A DNA stretch of 54,946 nucleotides, counting the filler, from Sphacelaria rigidula (lineage: Eukaryota), in NCBI GenBank assembly GCA_964200075.2. It is 2 parts of 2 records of this genome, joined end to end, with 100 filler letters (N's around TTAATTAATTAA, not from the genome) between each part and the next. Parts side by side here need not be neighbours in the genome. Positions count along the whole stretch, not along the records: positions 1 to 27,442 come from CAXNAA020000117.1; 1 more part is not named here. One strand, 5' to 3'. The notes beneath the pieces were generated by a model, which made no database searches, was not told the DNA's origin, and saw only the letters and a program-made list of their open reading frames with translations. A program made the position numbers and the translations under genes. Shown here piece after piece: positions 10,917-21,513 of the stretch; positions within the stretch are counted from its first letter, which is position 1, and each line of letters opens with the position of its first letter.

Positions 10917-10960
10917 TCTTCTTTAAGTTGACGGTAATGACTGTTTCTGCTCAGAACAAA
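10831..10960 (+). ncRNA. Putative Fanzor1 omegaRNA overlapping the ORF 3' end and right TIR, with guide from the flank
   Basis: Stem CTAGG..TAGAGAG (10831-10844) with TTTTCTA.CCTAG (10905-10916). Hairpin AGTGTGT-TTAG-ACACACT at 10880-10897. ACCGTC (10845-10850) is complementary to GACGGT (10930-10935). Confidence 0.65.
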
Positions 10961-11422
10961 CTTTCGAGGGGAACGGCACACAGGGCAGGCTCCCGACTCT
11001 AACCACGATCACATTGAAGACAACAAATCGCCTGGCACACGTTGCAATTCGTGTGGTGGTCACGCGTCGTCTTCGCCCGGCACACACAACACGACCGATT
11101 CGAGTCTGATTAGAAAATTCGAAGCCATGTATGTGTGGTAGTCGCGCTCGCCTTCGAAGTTTATTGAAATGGTTGCATTTTTTCAGAACAGCAAACAATC
11201 AATGTCTCCTGGACATGTTATGATTTCTTCTCCTGACGCCTTGCTCCGCAAGCTATCGGAGGCACGCATCAGGCCTGCGATATCTGCTTTGCGACGGAAC
11301 AATGATGCTTTTTTGATGTTCATCTGGTGATCCATACTCAGGACGGCCAGACGCTCGTCCATATAGGCTTGTAGATATTCGGGTATGATTGCCTCTGTCA
11401 TTATGATGTCAGCGTCGTCCAA
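10948..11422 (-). pseudogene. RING-finger-like protein remnant, 3' end interrupted by the IS4 element
   Basis: Minus strand CCVC..HHTNCNVCQAICCLQCDR, then a frameshift, then ACPVCRSP (about 11092-10965). Several stops and shifts upstream. Confidence 0.6.
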
Positions 11423-12213
11423 CGAATGCTCTTTGGAGGTCCTGCATGATCAGCGGCGTGACCATGTTGAGATCACAGCTTTACCCCGCCACAACATTAT
11501 TTAGCACACCAAACATTGGTGGCTTGACCTGTTTTGAAATAGTTTATCTCAATTTTTCAGAAAAAAATAAAAATTATTATCAAGGAATTGAAAAATGAAA
11601 TGATATCAGTTTCGACATCCTCCGGGCAGGTTTGAACCCCTGTTTGCACGGGGGCGAATTTCAAGTCGAGGCCGAATTCCAAAAAACGTCGATACATACG
11701 AGTCTCGCAAAAAACGTCGTTTTTTTGTACTACATGATTGTCCCAGAACTGATCAGTAAATACCGACGATATAGGTGGGATGCGTGTAAAATAAATTGAA
11801 AAAAGCTCGTTGAGCGCAAAAACATATTTTACAAAAAAAACGAAGTCTTGTAAAAACAAACGATCACCCCTCTGAAATATGTGTTGTGTGGTAATCACCC
11901 ATGTGTATTTTGCATACATGAATCATGTACAATTCGTGAATGGGAACAAACAGGCACAAGCCACTCTATTGCGGTGACCCAACAATCTTGTAGATACGAT
12001 CCCGTTTCTTCGCCACTTGCCTTTTGCGAGAAACTAGTGACATTTTTGTGTGCGTTTGTAACAAGCTATTGAGTGTATTCACGACAGACGGTATTACATC
12101 TATGTCGTCCTCTTGAGTTCCGTAAGGCCTCCTCTAAGAGAAGTATGGTGTTCGCGTGTTGCGACCCTATTATTTCTTTTAGCGGTAGCTCAGATGTTCT
12201 GTCCTCGATACCA

Positions 12214-12714
12214 CTAAACCCCACGGCTTTGCAAATAATTTCTGTCGATATCCGTGACCATGTACTGTATGTATTCCTCGCCGTGAGCCCGCTTCCTTTT
12301 GTTTGGTCTGAATTCAGCTAGCTCTTTTTGCATCGTGTATACTCCCGCCTCTAGATACCCCAATTTCCGACGCGTCGTCTCACCGACAAGCTTGTTTTCG
12401 CATTTTTGAAACACATAGAGTGAGTCGCACGGACCTGTGAAATCTGTGTCCACACTCCATTTGGACGGGTGAAATGTTTTCTGTCTATGGCAACCGGTAC
12501 AAATAATTTGGAGGTTGTCTAGGTGCGTCGGCCCCGAATACCTGACCGGTTGTATGTGGTCAATGTCGAAGTCCATGCCGTTGATGGACACTTTCCTTCC
12601 GCATTTCCTGCATTTGTGTTAATCTTGGTCCAAAATCATTTGTTTATCGTTGATATTGGTGAAGGTCGTCCTCTTGATACGACGAAGTTCTTCCTCTGGG
12701 CCAATGTATACCAT
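12214..12714 (-). pseudogene. HNH endonuclease with premature stop
   Basis: ILDQD*HKCRKCG..FDIDHIQP..GPTHLDNLQIICTGCHRQKT. TAA at 12619-12621. Confidence 0.88.
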
Positions 12715-12817
12715 CTTCCACGATTGATCGTCGAAAACCCTGAATTACCTGAACACTATGCTGTTGGATTGTGTGAAGCAGTGGTATACAAGATGAAAAT
12801 ATTTTGATGTGTCAATT

Positions 12818-13066
12818 TCAAGCGCATGCTGTCAAACCAGTCTCTCTCTTTCTTGCCCTCTCCGCTTCATTGTTCGGTCTCGCTCTCGGTTGAACCAGTC
12901 TCATACACCGAGAGTGTAAAGCCATCACCGTACCGAGGTGGCTTTCTGTTTTTGCCATTTCTTTCGCACGGGCACACATTTCCTCAATCTCCTCCAGCAG
13001 TTTCGGGCGTTTCATTTCTTGCATCGCGGCGTGCATGTGTTGCTTGGTCTCGTATACCGCTGGCAT
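12818..13066 (-). CDS. Hypothetical 82-aa helical protein
   Basis: ATG-initiated charged ORF, co-oriented with the HNH gene, no motif. Confidence 0.35.
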   Translation of the reverse strand: MPAVYETKQHMHAAMQEMKRPKLLEEIEEMCARAKEMAKTESHLGTVMALHSRCMRLVQPRARPNNEAERARKRETGLTACA

Positions 13067-13199
13067 TGTGATTTTCGTCGTTTACCGTCTGGCAGTATTT
13101 TTTTTTGGTTGGCTGGGCGGCCAGGCCGAGTGTAGCTACGCGTGCCTGTGCCCGAACCCCACCATTTAAAACATTGATATTTTAAAAAACAAGAAAATC

Positions 13200-14057
13200 A
13201 TGCCGCTCCTCATCCTTGTCGCAAAATAAAAATACATGCGAGACGGTGACGCCGACCTGTTCCAAGGGTGACGGCCCGTTCACGTGTCTCAGTTGTGCCA
13301 AGCCGCTGGTCCTGAGGCAGGGTGAGAAGAAGCGGTGGCATTTCGCGCACCATTCCAAGGATATTAATGACGGGCGTTCTGCCGGTGGGGAGATCTACAT
13401 CCACTTGGCGGCCAAGTTGTTGTTGATTAGGTATATCTCTAGGTTCAAGTTCGCCGCAGAGTGCGGTCGCCTGCGTCACGATCACGAAAAGCAATACCAA
13501 GGATGCACGGCGGTGCAGGAGCATCGTTACGACGGCGTACACTCCGCGGACGTGGCGTGTTGCGTGACGGGAAGTTGGAGGCTATCGTTGGGGTCATGGC
13601 GACGCACAAGATTGAGGGAGAATCCTTGGCGTCCAGATTGGGGTGTGTGGGGGGAGACAATGTGTGGGAGGTGGAAGCAATGGGCGTTTTGAGACAGCAA
13701 AAGGGTCTGTCATTGACGACCGACACCATTCATGTTCCTAGTTTGCTCAAGTTAGAGGACTGTGCCGAATGTGCGCAGGAGAGTTGGGAGGCGCACGAAC
13801 GACGGGAAAAACAGATGGCGGTTGAAAAGCTAGAGTCCGAGGAACGCCGTCGGCGGTTCGAGGAGTCTAGGCGAAAGTCCGATCAAAAGAAGCAGGAAGA
13901 CGAGGAAAAAAGGCAACAGGCCGACACCACCGTGGTCATCATCGACGACAACACCCTCCGGCGCAAGGGCGTGCTGATGAAAAAGTTCTTTCTCAAGCCT
14001 GGCGACAGCATTGATCGTAGCTACGGGTGGATGAAGGCCCCTGAAGCATCCCCCTGA
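13200..14057 (+). pseudogene. CoiA-like Zn-ribbon + PD-(D/E)XK nuclease, frameshifted
   Basis: FTCLSCAKPLVLRQGEKKRWHFAH, GGEIYIHLAAK, QEHRYDGVHSADVA, then a shift to AIVGVMATH..NVWEV. Shifts near 13225 and 13558. Confidence 0.78.
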
Positions 14058-14244
14058 GCCGCTCCCCTTGCGCGCGCCCCCTTCCTTCCATCGGCCAAAT
14101 TACCCACTTCTTCGGCGAGCCGACGGTCTGCGCCAGGGGGACTGAGCGCAACGAAACCATTGCCCCCGAACCGCGCCCCTCTGGTACCGAGTAAGCAATT
14201 TTCCCGATGTGGAATTTTAAATATTAATTGGAACTTAAATAAGA

Positions 14245-14654
14245 ATGCTCTGCCACATCCCCACCGCCCAAACCCCATCGGGTGTGCTAGTGGTCCCCTC
14301 CTGCTCCAAGGCCGAGGCCCCGTTCACGTGCCTGGGGTGCGGCGGTGGCTTGGTGCTGCGGCAAGGCAAAGTCAACATCTAACATTTCGCGCACCGCCAT
14401 AGTTCTCTCGGGTGTTCCGGCGGGGGTGAATCGGCTCAGCACAAGGCGGCAAAGTTGCTGGTTGATAAGTACTGTTCGCGGCTGGTTTTCACGGGTAGAT
14501 GTATCACATCAATCCACGAAATCAGACTGCAGTACACCGACTTGAAGCAAAGCAGGAGTATCGCTACGACACCAATCAAAACTACTCGGCGGACGTAGCC
14601 ATCTTCCAAAATCTCAGCCTTGTTTCTATCGTGGAGGTTCGTGTCTCTCATGCC
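14245..14654 (+). pseudogene. Second CoiA-like paralog, truncated and absent from the ORF track
   Basis: PFTCLGCGGGLVLRQGKVNI*HFAH..GGGESAQHKAAK, then a shift to QEYRYDTNQNYSADVAIF..SIVEVRVSHA. TAA at 14380-14382. Confidence 0.8.
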
Positions 14655-14818
14655 GCTTCGCACTAGTTGTACGGCCCCGTGCCGGGCCTTCATTCAACAG
14701 CAGATGCCTCCCGCTTCGCACTAGTTTTGCGGCCCCATGTCGGGGCTTCATTCAAGAACAGATGCCGCTTCGCACTAGTTCTTACGGCCCCGCTTTAAGC
14801 CCCCGTGCCGGTCCTTCA
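14650..14818. repeat. Three tandem units of about 55 bp
   Basis: CCGCTTCGCACTAGTT..CGGCCCC..CTTCA occurs three times. Confidence 0.9.
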
Positions 14819-14875
14819 GAAAAAAAATGCAAAATTGTAGCCGCTTACGTGCACCACTCCATAATCATAATCATG

Positions 14876-14952
14876 TTCAGGTTCGATTTCAGGTTCGATC
14901 TCAGGTTCGATCTCAGGTTCGATTTCAAGCTCGATCTCAGGCTCGATCTCAG
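14876..14952. repeat. 12-bp minisatellite (YTCAGGTTCGAT), about 6.5 copies
   Basis: Read directly from the sequence. Confidence 0.92.
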
Positions 14953-15974
14953 ATACACTTAAATATTCATCACCTTCCCATCTATAACGCACGCACGCCA
15001 CATATTTCTTCATCGACAGACGCCCCTCCCCATTTGTTTTTTTTGGCCCGTGTCGGACCTTCATCACTACGCTGACCATCGACACCCATGCATGCAAATC
15101 AAATCTTCACATCCTTTCCCTCCCGCCTCCCTCCCTCCCCCCTCCCGGAAGGTGAAATATGTGCACGACGAGGACGACGAACTGGAGGAAGCTCAAACAA
15201 AAAAGGGGAAAGAAAAACAGGAGGGTCGGTGCAGCTGTGGAGGAGGGAAATAAAGCGGCGGTGGAGAAGAAGACGATGATGGAGGATGGCGACCAGGATG
15301 GGGACGGTCGCATGTACCACACAGCCTTTGGAGTGAGGTACAAATCCTTGGACGTCGCCGGTGGCGGCATGTGTGCGCTTCTCGCCCTGATCGCCCTCTA
15401 CATGATCTTCAATGGGGACTCGTACTCGTTGGTTTTCGCGGCCGTCTACGGTGAGATCAAGGACGAGATGAGGGGTTACGTGCAGTGTCTCCGCGGCATC
15501 ATCGTCCACATGTCCGAGGGACGTCTCCCTCATCTCGGAGACGGCGAGGAATCTGCAAAGTTTGAGGATGTGGTGGACAATCCGAACCACGATATCAAGA
15601 CGAAAGCCATGTGGAGGGTGGTGATGCTTGCAGCCCGAGGCTGCTTGGACGGCATCGCACTGAGTCTCCCTGCCGAGTATTTCGGATTGGACGGGTTCAA
15701 AATCGTTAGGGCGAACAGAGACGGACTGGTGGCGTCGTGCGACTTCAAGGGTAAAACCTTGGCGGAAGGGGTTGTCCACCTGGTTCTGTACGATGGGTTC
15801 GGGCACTTCTAGGCTCTTGTTCCGCTGGACACTCCGCCGCAAATGGTGACCGGTGGACATGTAACGCGTGTTTATCAGCAGGGAAAGGGTCGAGGTCTTT
15901 GGTGTCTGCAACGACTGAACACAGCTTATTTTTCTCCTTCATGCCCCCATGTTGGCCAGACCGACCGCGACGCG

Positions 15975-16220
15975 GGGGAGCCTGGTGTAAAACTAACCGG
16001 GATCGCCCCGAAGGTCGCGACTGGTGTCGAGGCCGGGGAGTCTGGTGTGAAGCAGACCGAGAGCGCCCCGGAGGTCGTGGCTGGTGTCGACGGTGTGGAG
16101 CAGACCGAAAGCGTCCCGGAGGTCACGGCTGGTGTCGGCGGTGTGGAGCAGGCCGAGAGCGCCCCGGAGGTCGCGGCTGCTGTCGACGCCGAGGAGCCTG
16201 CTGTGGAGCAGACCGATGGG
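15975..16220 (+). repeat. Coding tandem repeats (GVEQTESAPEVxAGVD), 45-54 bp
   Basis: Visible in the DNA and in ORF 15843..16298. Confidence 0.85.
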
Positions 16221-17084
16221 GACGGGTGGCACGTCGTGGGCGGGAACGGGTTCAAGGTCGGCGTACACAAAGACGAGGTACGTACTGTACTTCTTTGAGT
16301 GTATTTTCAAAAGTATCCGTGGTACGGCGTGGAAGGTAGCAAGACGTGTGCATTCATGTATCGTCAACTCACGCACCATCGGTTTTCTTGTCGTCTGCAA
16401 CAGGAATCGAACCTGCTTCGCTTCGCGAGCGGCAACCAGTTCATTGTACTACGCGACGAGACGGAGGAGGATGATGAGTCATAGAACGGGGAGGAGGCCA
16501 ATGAGGTGTGGGAGAGGGCGGAGACGGACGGGGTGGCGATGGATGCGGAAGACGGAGAAGAGGCCGATGAGACGTGCGGGAGGGTCGACACGGACGGATT
16601 GGCGGAGGATGCGCACCCGAAACCCCGCAACCGGGCTGGGCGCCGGGTGGCTGGTCGGCGCGCAGCTCCGCGCGGCTCAACCCGAGGGAGAGGTGGAAGC
16701 AAGTACCTGAAACGTTGTCCTGCCAGGAATGAACGGGCCCAACGCAAACGTGGGCGCGGACGCGGACGTCGACTCGAACCCCCATGTAGAGCGGGCTTTG
16801 TGCGAGGAGGAGGAGGGCGTTCTCGTCGTGCCCCCGAAAGCCGAAACCGAGACGAGGGGCCGTCTGGAGTTAACCAGCTGGTGAAAACTCCAGCGTACTG
16901 GGAGGGTCTGGTGGGGGGGTATATTGACTCTAGATAGAGGAGAGTGGCTCTGTGGACGCAGGGAGACCTAGACAGGGCAATTAGCGCAATGTGGGAGCGG
17001 CGGGGTCAGGAAGAAAGGCAGCGGTACGAGCCAGCAATAAAGCAAATGCTGGCAGCAGCGCAAAGAGCAGCGAATGGAGAGGCG

Positions 17085-17435
17085 GAACCGGTGGAAGAAC
17101 CGTCGGAAGCAATGGGTGTGTGTGGTGAGCAGCTTTCCCCGGAGGAGGAACCATCGGAAGCAATGGGTGTGGGTGGTGAGCAGCTTCCAACGGAGGCCCA
17201 AGCATCACCCATGGGCGTGGATGGTGGGCAACTCGCGGCGGAGGTGGATGGTGAGCAGCTCGCGGCGGACGTGGGAGGTGAGCAGCTCGCGGCGGACGTG
17301 GATGGTGGGTAGCTTGCACCGGACGTGGATGGTGGGCAGCTCGCGGTGGAGATGGATCGTGGGCAGCTCGCGGCGGAGGTGGAGGCCCAGGTGTTACCAA
17401 TGGAAGAAATGGACGTGGATGGTGAGCAGCTCGAG
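17085..17435 (+). repeat. Coding tandem repeats (EEPSEAMGV x2; 27-bp VDGGQLAAE x about 7)
   Basis: GTGGATGGTGRGCAGCTCGCGGCGGA units. Confidence 0.88.
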
Positions 17436-20400
17436 GAGGAGGAGGAGGCCAAGACACGAGAGGATTCCGATGACACCGAGAGTGAACAGGTGAGTAAACA
17501 CATTGGTTCGTTTTTTTTTACGCTCGGTGCAATGAACCTGGCGAAACGTGGCGAAATGAAGACACGAAGTATTACTTGTAGCCTTAACGCCACCGTTTGT
17601 GTTATTTCTCATAGGAGACCGAGGGGCGGACGCTGCGACGCAGGGGGGGGCTGTAAGATGTCGAAACAAGAGGCTCACTGGAGGGCTGGCGTTGCCGCTG
17701 GGACATGGACGAAAGAGCAGCTGGAGGACAAGTTGAAAAAAAGGCGGGAGAAGGAGGAGAGGCTTCAAAATGAACACGACGAGGCCGATGATGACGCGCC
17801 CTGTGCGGGGTGCAGCGTGTGTTTTGACCGAGATCAACTTACAGCACTCGGAAATGAGGTGAGCGGTTGGGGTATACTTCATTTAAAAAATTTCATGCCA
17901 CCACCCCATCCACGGATGCAGATGAGTTACATCACAACCTGTCCAACCTGTACACTGATGATCCACTTTCTATGCTTTGTTTGGTCTGTATTCTACTGCT
18001 TGTCTTTCACCGAAGCTACGCTGTGCCGGGTGTTTGGCCGATGAACCGGATGAGCACTCGGGGCTCGTGGGTGACGCGGACGCTGCAGAAGGAGAGGTAG
18101 AGAGCGACGTTAACGCGCGTGCCGGGACCACACCTGGTGTACCAGCATCGCCGCAGCAACGTCGTCGTCGGGTCCCCAGCCGAATCCCCAACCGAATCCC
18201 GAAAACTTCGAGCCAGAACGAGGCGCTGGTGTAGCCGAAGGATGAAGAGCAAGCTGAACGAGTTTTTGCCAACTACAATAGAGCAAAGGAAATGGAGCGC
18301 AAACTCACCGCCTCGAGGACCACAGTCAAAGAAGTTCGGAACCTGACCTACCTCGACATCACGACTGCATCAACGTGCGTCGCCAAGGGGTTCCCCGTCG
18401 ATGAAGATACTTGGCTTAAATGTGAGAAGGAAAACTATGGGCTCTACGGGATTAAAACTCGTAGAGAGGGGGTTTCGGGGACCAAGGTTACTTCTGCGAA
18501 CAGCAAAGGGGAGGTCGTGGAAGCAAAGATGGTGAAAGGATACAATACGTTCACCATCGAATGGTCAGATGCCAGGAAGAAAAACAGCGAGTACACTACT
18601 GGAGAAGTGCTTCGCGACCGCGACGATGGGCAGGGCGTGGTGTCACTTGACGAGGCCAAGCAGAGGATGATTTCGTTTCTTCTCGCAGCGCGGTGCATGG
18701 CCGACGTCCAGTTTCATGAATTTATCTCCAACAACGTGAAAGTTCACGATGCAAAAAGCACGCGTCCCCTGAGCGGGAACAAAGCTGATGACATCAAAGA
18801 TGGTAGGGGTCACGCCTGGAAGGAGACGAAGTCAGCTCGCGGGGTCGATATGCTCATGCCGAACGAGATTGATTTGTTAAGGTCGGTAGAGGATCCAGGC
18901 TTGTTGGGGGAGATGGAAGCTCCCGAGTCGTGCTTCAAAATGATGGGGTTGCACGACTACGTCAAGATCGGGCAATTGGGCCTCGTCAACAGCAACGAGG
19001 ATTTCAACTCCAAGCACCTGCCCTTCCTCAACCACTTTGTACGGGGAGCACAAGCATCATTTCGACTGGGTCGGCCTACCAACCTGGCGTCGTCGATGGT
19101 TTTTCTTTCCGTCCACGAGCTCCCTCATGGGATGACGACCACGTCGAATGCAGACGCCAATAAGGTGTGTTTCAACCCAGGAGAAAACATAAAAGATTAC
19201 AGCTTGGGCATGAGGGCGGTGTTGTCTAGGGCAAGAGTGAAAGACTACGGTGGAAGGAGTAAAGTATCGTCTACATGCCAGTGGTTGCAAAGATATCCAC
19301 TATATCGCATTTTGGATCTGTCGCGGGTTGACGGGGGCAGCGTCTGTCCATCAACGGAGCATTCTAATTCGGTTTCCCCTACGCTTCACCACAAAGACAC
19401 GTATTGTGTAGCATCAATGCTTAGCGGCCATCGGATTGCGGACATGGAGGTGTTCTCTTGTATCGAACAAAGATACCTTACTGTGTCGAGGGAAAAGAGG
19501 AACGCGAAGAGTGTGGTAGAGAACGACAACGAGAAGGTTGGGTCCGGGACCAAATGGTGTAAGGGCAGGACCCATTTGGTAGGTAGCCAGGAATGTATCG
19601 ACGGGTATCTTTTCTTGGAGGAACTAGTGTTCCAAAATGGTATAGAGCCGATCATGAACAAGTTGCCCGCTAAAGCTGTCGAGATGTGCAACGATGTGCT
19701 CGAGATGGACCCGATGGAAATTAGAAAGCATAAAAGCGAAGATAAGTTCTGCCCACCTGAGCACCGAGGTCAGATTGAGTCGGCGGTCGATAGCCTCATC
19801 TCAAAGAATTTGACCAGGTTAGATATTTCGTTGTTCAGTCGCGCTTTGTACCTAGCAGATGCTGTACTGACCGCGGCCCTTCGCTCACAAAATGGTCTGG
19901 GTCAGCTTACGAGAGACTTCCATCGAATGAGGCGAAACGACGTCCACGGTAACGAAGTAGCGGTTAGCCGATGTCTTCTGCCCCGATATTTCAAAAACAA
20001 AAAGGCGCTTGAGACTTCCCCTTACGGTATAGTGGTAAACCACACCAAACACGAGAAGTGTGTCGGACCGTACGCGGCAATGGTGGTGATATTGAGAAAG
20101 TTGATGAGACGTCTCCTTCAGGTTGAGGTGGAGAAGAAAAGCGTACAGATACAGGCTGTAGGGGGGGGGCACGGAGGGAGTTGCTGACGTGTACACGCTG
20201 ACTGACCTCTTGGGCCCTTTCGATGAGAATGGTAGGATGTACACGGAAGGTCAGCTACTGGAAATGTTCAAATGGATAGGGGTGCGAGCCATGGGGATTC
20301 CGAGATTCGGCACTCATATCATTCGCACAAACCACGCGACCGCGGTAGCAATGTATTGTGTACGGAATGGTTTACCCCAGGATCATCAAACAGTAAAGGA

Positions 20401-21325
20401 TTTGTTTGCCCTGGGCAGACACGGAGACGGGGTGAGGATTAAGTCGCATTCGCAGGTCAAGGCCAATACACCGGATGCAGGTAGCATCAAAACCATATTG
20501 ATGGTCACGGTTTCTTCTCTTGTATCCCTTGAAAAGGGTGTCGATGCAGTCATCATCTGTGAAGTAGATTGGATGACCTTGCTTTGGATGACATTGTGGA
20601 GATGGGTTGTCCGGGGGTCTTGGCGTTCGAGGATAAGTCTAATGATTCATTGTGCAAACAGCCGGGCATGGGTAGCGTGCTGAGTAAACGTCCGACCGCA
20701 ACGGTGGAGATGGATGATGACGAGAAGGCTCTCGTGAAAAAAGTACGGATGAAGCTCTTGGAAGATCAGTGGGAGAGTTTGTCGCGAGGAGTGTCCAATA
20801 AATGCGGTGATGGGGCTGTTGCGGGGAAGGGCACGGGTTTGAGCGATGTGGATGTGAGTGTGGGCTGTAGATCCGGGGAGAACAAGACGCAGTTTCGGTC
20901 AAGGCTGATGGGGAGGATGAATTCTTTGATTGTAAAATTGTCTCAAGAGACCAAAACTAAGAAAGTCAGAAGGGGCACCGCTGAGTACAACCTGAAGAAC
21001 AGTAGGTATGTCAAAGTTGCTTACGGGGAAGAGGCTCAGAAGTTCTTGTACTCGGAAAAGTACATAGAGCACCATGCCTTTTGCGATGCGTTCTTCGAGG
21101 AATTCAAACAGAACAAAGGGGGGAAGGTGAAGCCTGGGGCGAAGGCGGAAGCTTTCAGGAAGAATGCAGGCATTGTTTGGAAACATTACTGCTGGGAAAA
21201 CAGTAAGACGGAGGACGTAGTGTAGGCGATGGGGGAGGTGGGAGAAGTATTTCTGTGTTATTAATATAAGCCAAAGGACCCGGGAGCTATTCATGACAAC
21301 GCAACATGGCGACTGTCGCAACTAC

Positions 21326-21366
21326 AGCGCACCCATAAGCGCACCCGCAAGCGCACCCGCAAGCGC
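21326..21366. repeat. 12-bp tandem repeat AGCGCACCCGCA, about 3.4 copies
   Basis: Read directly from the sequence. Confidence 0.85.
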
Positions 21367-21513
21367 TATGAGTCTCGCGGGACCCGTGCGGCCTACATAT
21401 ACATACATACTTTGTCAAGTCCCTGGCGCATTTCCCTGGTGCACCCCTGGGAAATCTCTTTGAATGAGAATAGTGTGGTTGGTTCGTTCAACAAATTCAG
21501 TCTGTTTCGCAAC

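Larger units (their letters stand above)
7069..10939 (+). mobile_element. IS4-family transposon carrying Fanzor1 (3871 bp)
   Basis: Left TIR CATTATTGTAAAGTTAA (7069-7085) versus reverse complement of right TIR CATTACCGTCAACTTAA (10923-10939), 13/17 identical. Perfect 8-bp TSD ACTGTTTC at 7061-7068 and 10940-10947. Confidence 0.95.
15152..21225 (+). pseudogene. Large spliced gene: OTU-like domain, acidic repeats, Zn finger, tyrosine recombinase (Crypton-like)
   Basis: OTU-like DVAGGGMCA...HLVLYDGFGHF*ALVP. GT-AG introns at 16278-16403, 17490-17614, 17859-18015 and possibly 15861-15959. YR motifs LTAALRSQN, YFKN, GTHIIRTNHAT and LGRHGDGVRIKSH. Five TAG stops and G-run frameshifts. Confidence 0.75.

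Noticed and set aside
4575-10939. The IS607 left end (TATTAGCGTCAAC) resembles the IS4 right TIR, suggesting a composite transposon
   Set aside because: There is no ACTGTTTC TSD before 4575, and the true partner TIR with a perfect TSD is at 7069. Probably coincidence.
14650-14818. CRISPR-like array
   Set aside because: The intervening sequences are similar to each other rather than unique spacers, there are no cas genes, and the context is eukaryotic.
15099-17593. Long minus-strand ORFs (15099..15911, 16981..17457, 17006..17593)
   Set aside because: These are antisense shadows of the GC-rich repetitive plus-strand gene.
4818-18234. RIP-like C-to-T hypermutation from the many premature stops
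   Set aside because: All stop codons begin with T, and only 17310 (CAG to TAG within a repeat) can be polarised. Consensus sequences are needed.
19420-19450. SGHRIAD as the first catalytic Arg of the recombinase
   Set aside because: Too far from HxxR. LTAALRSQN fits the spacing and context better.
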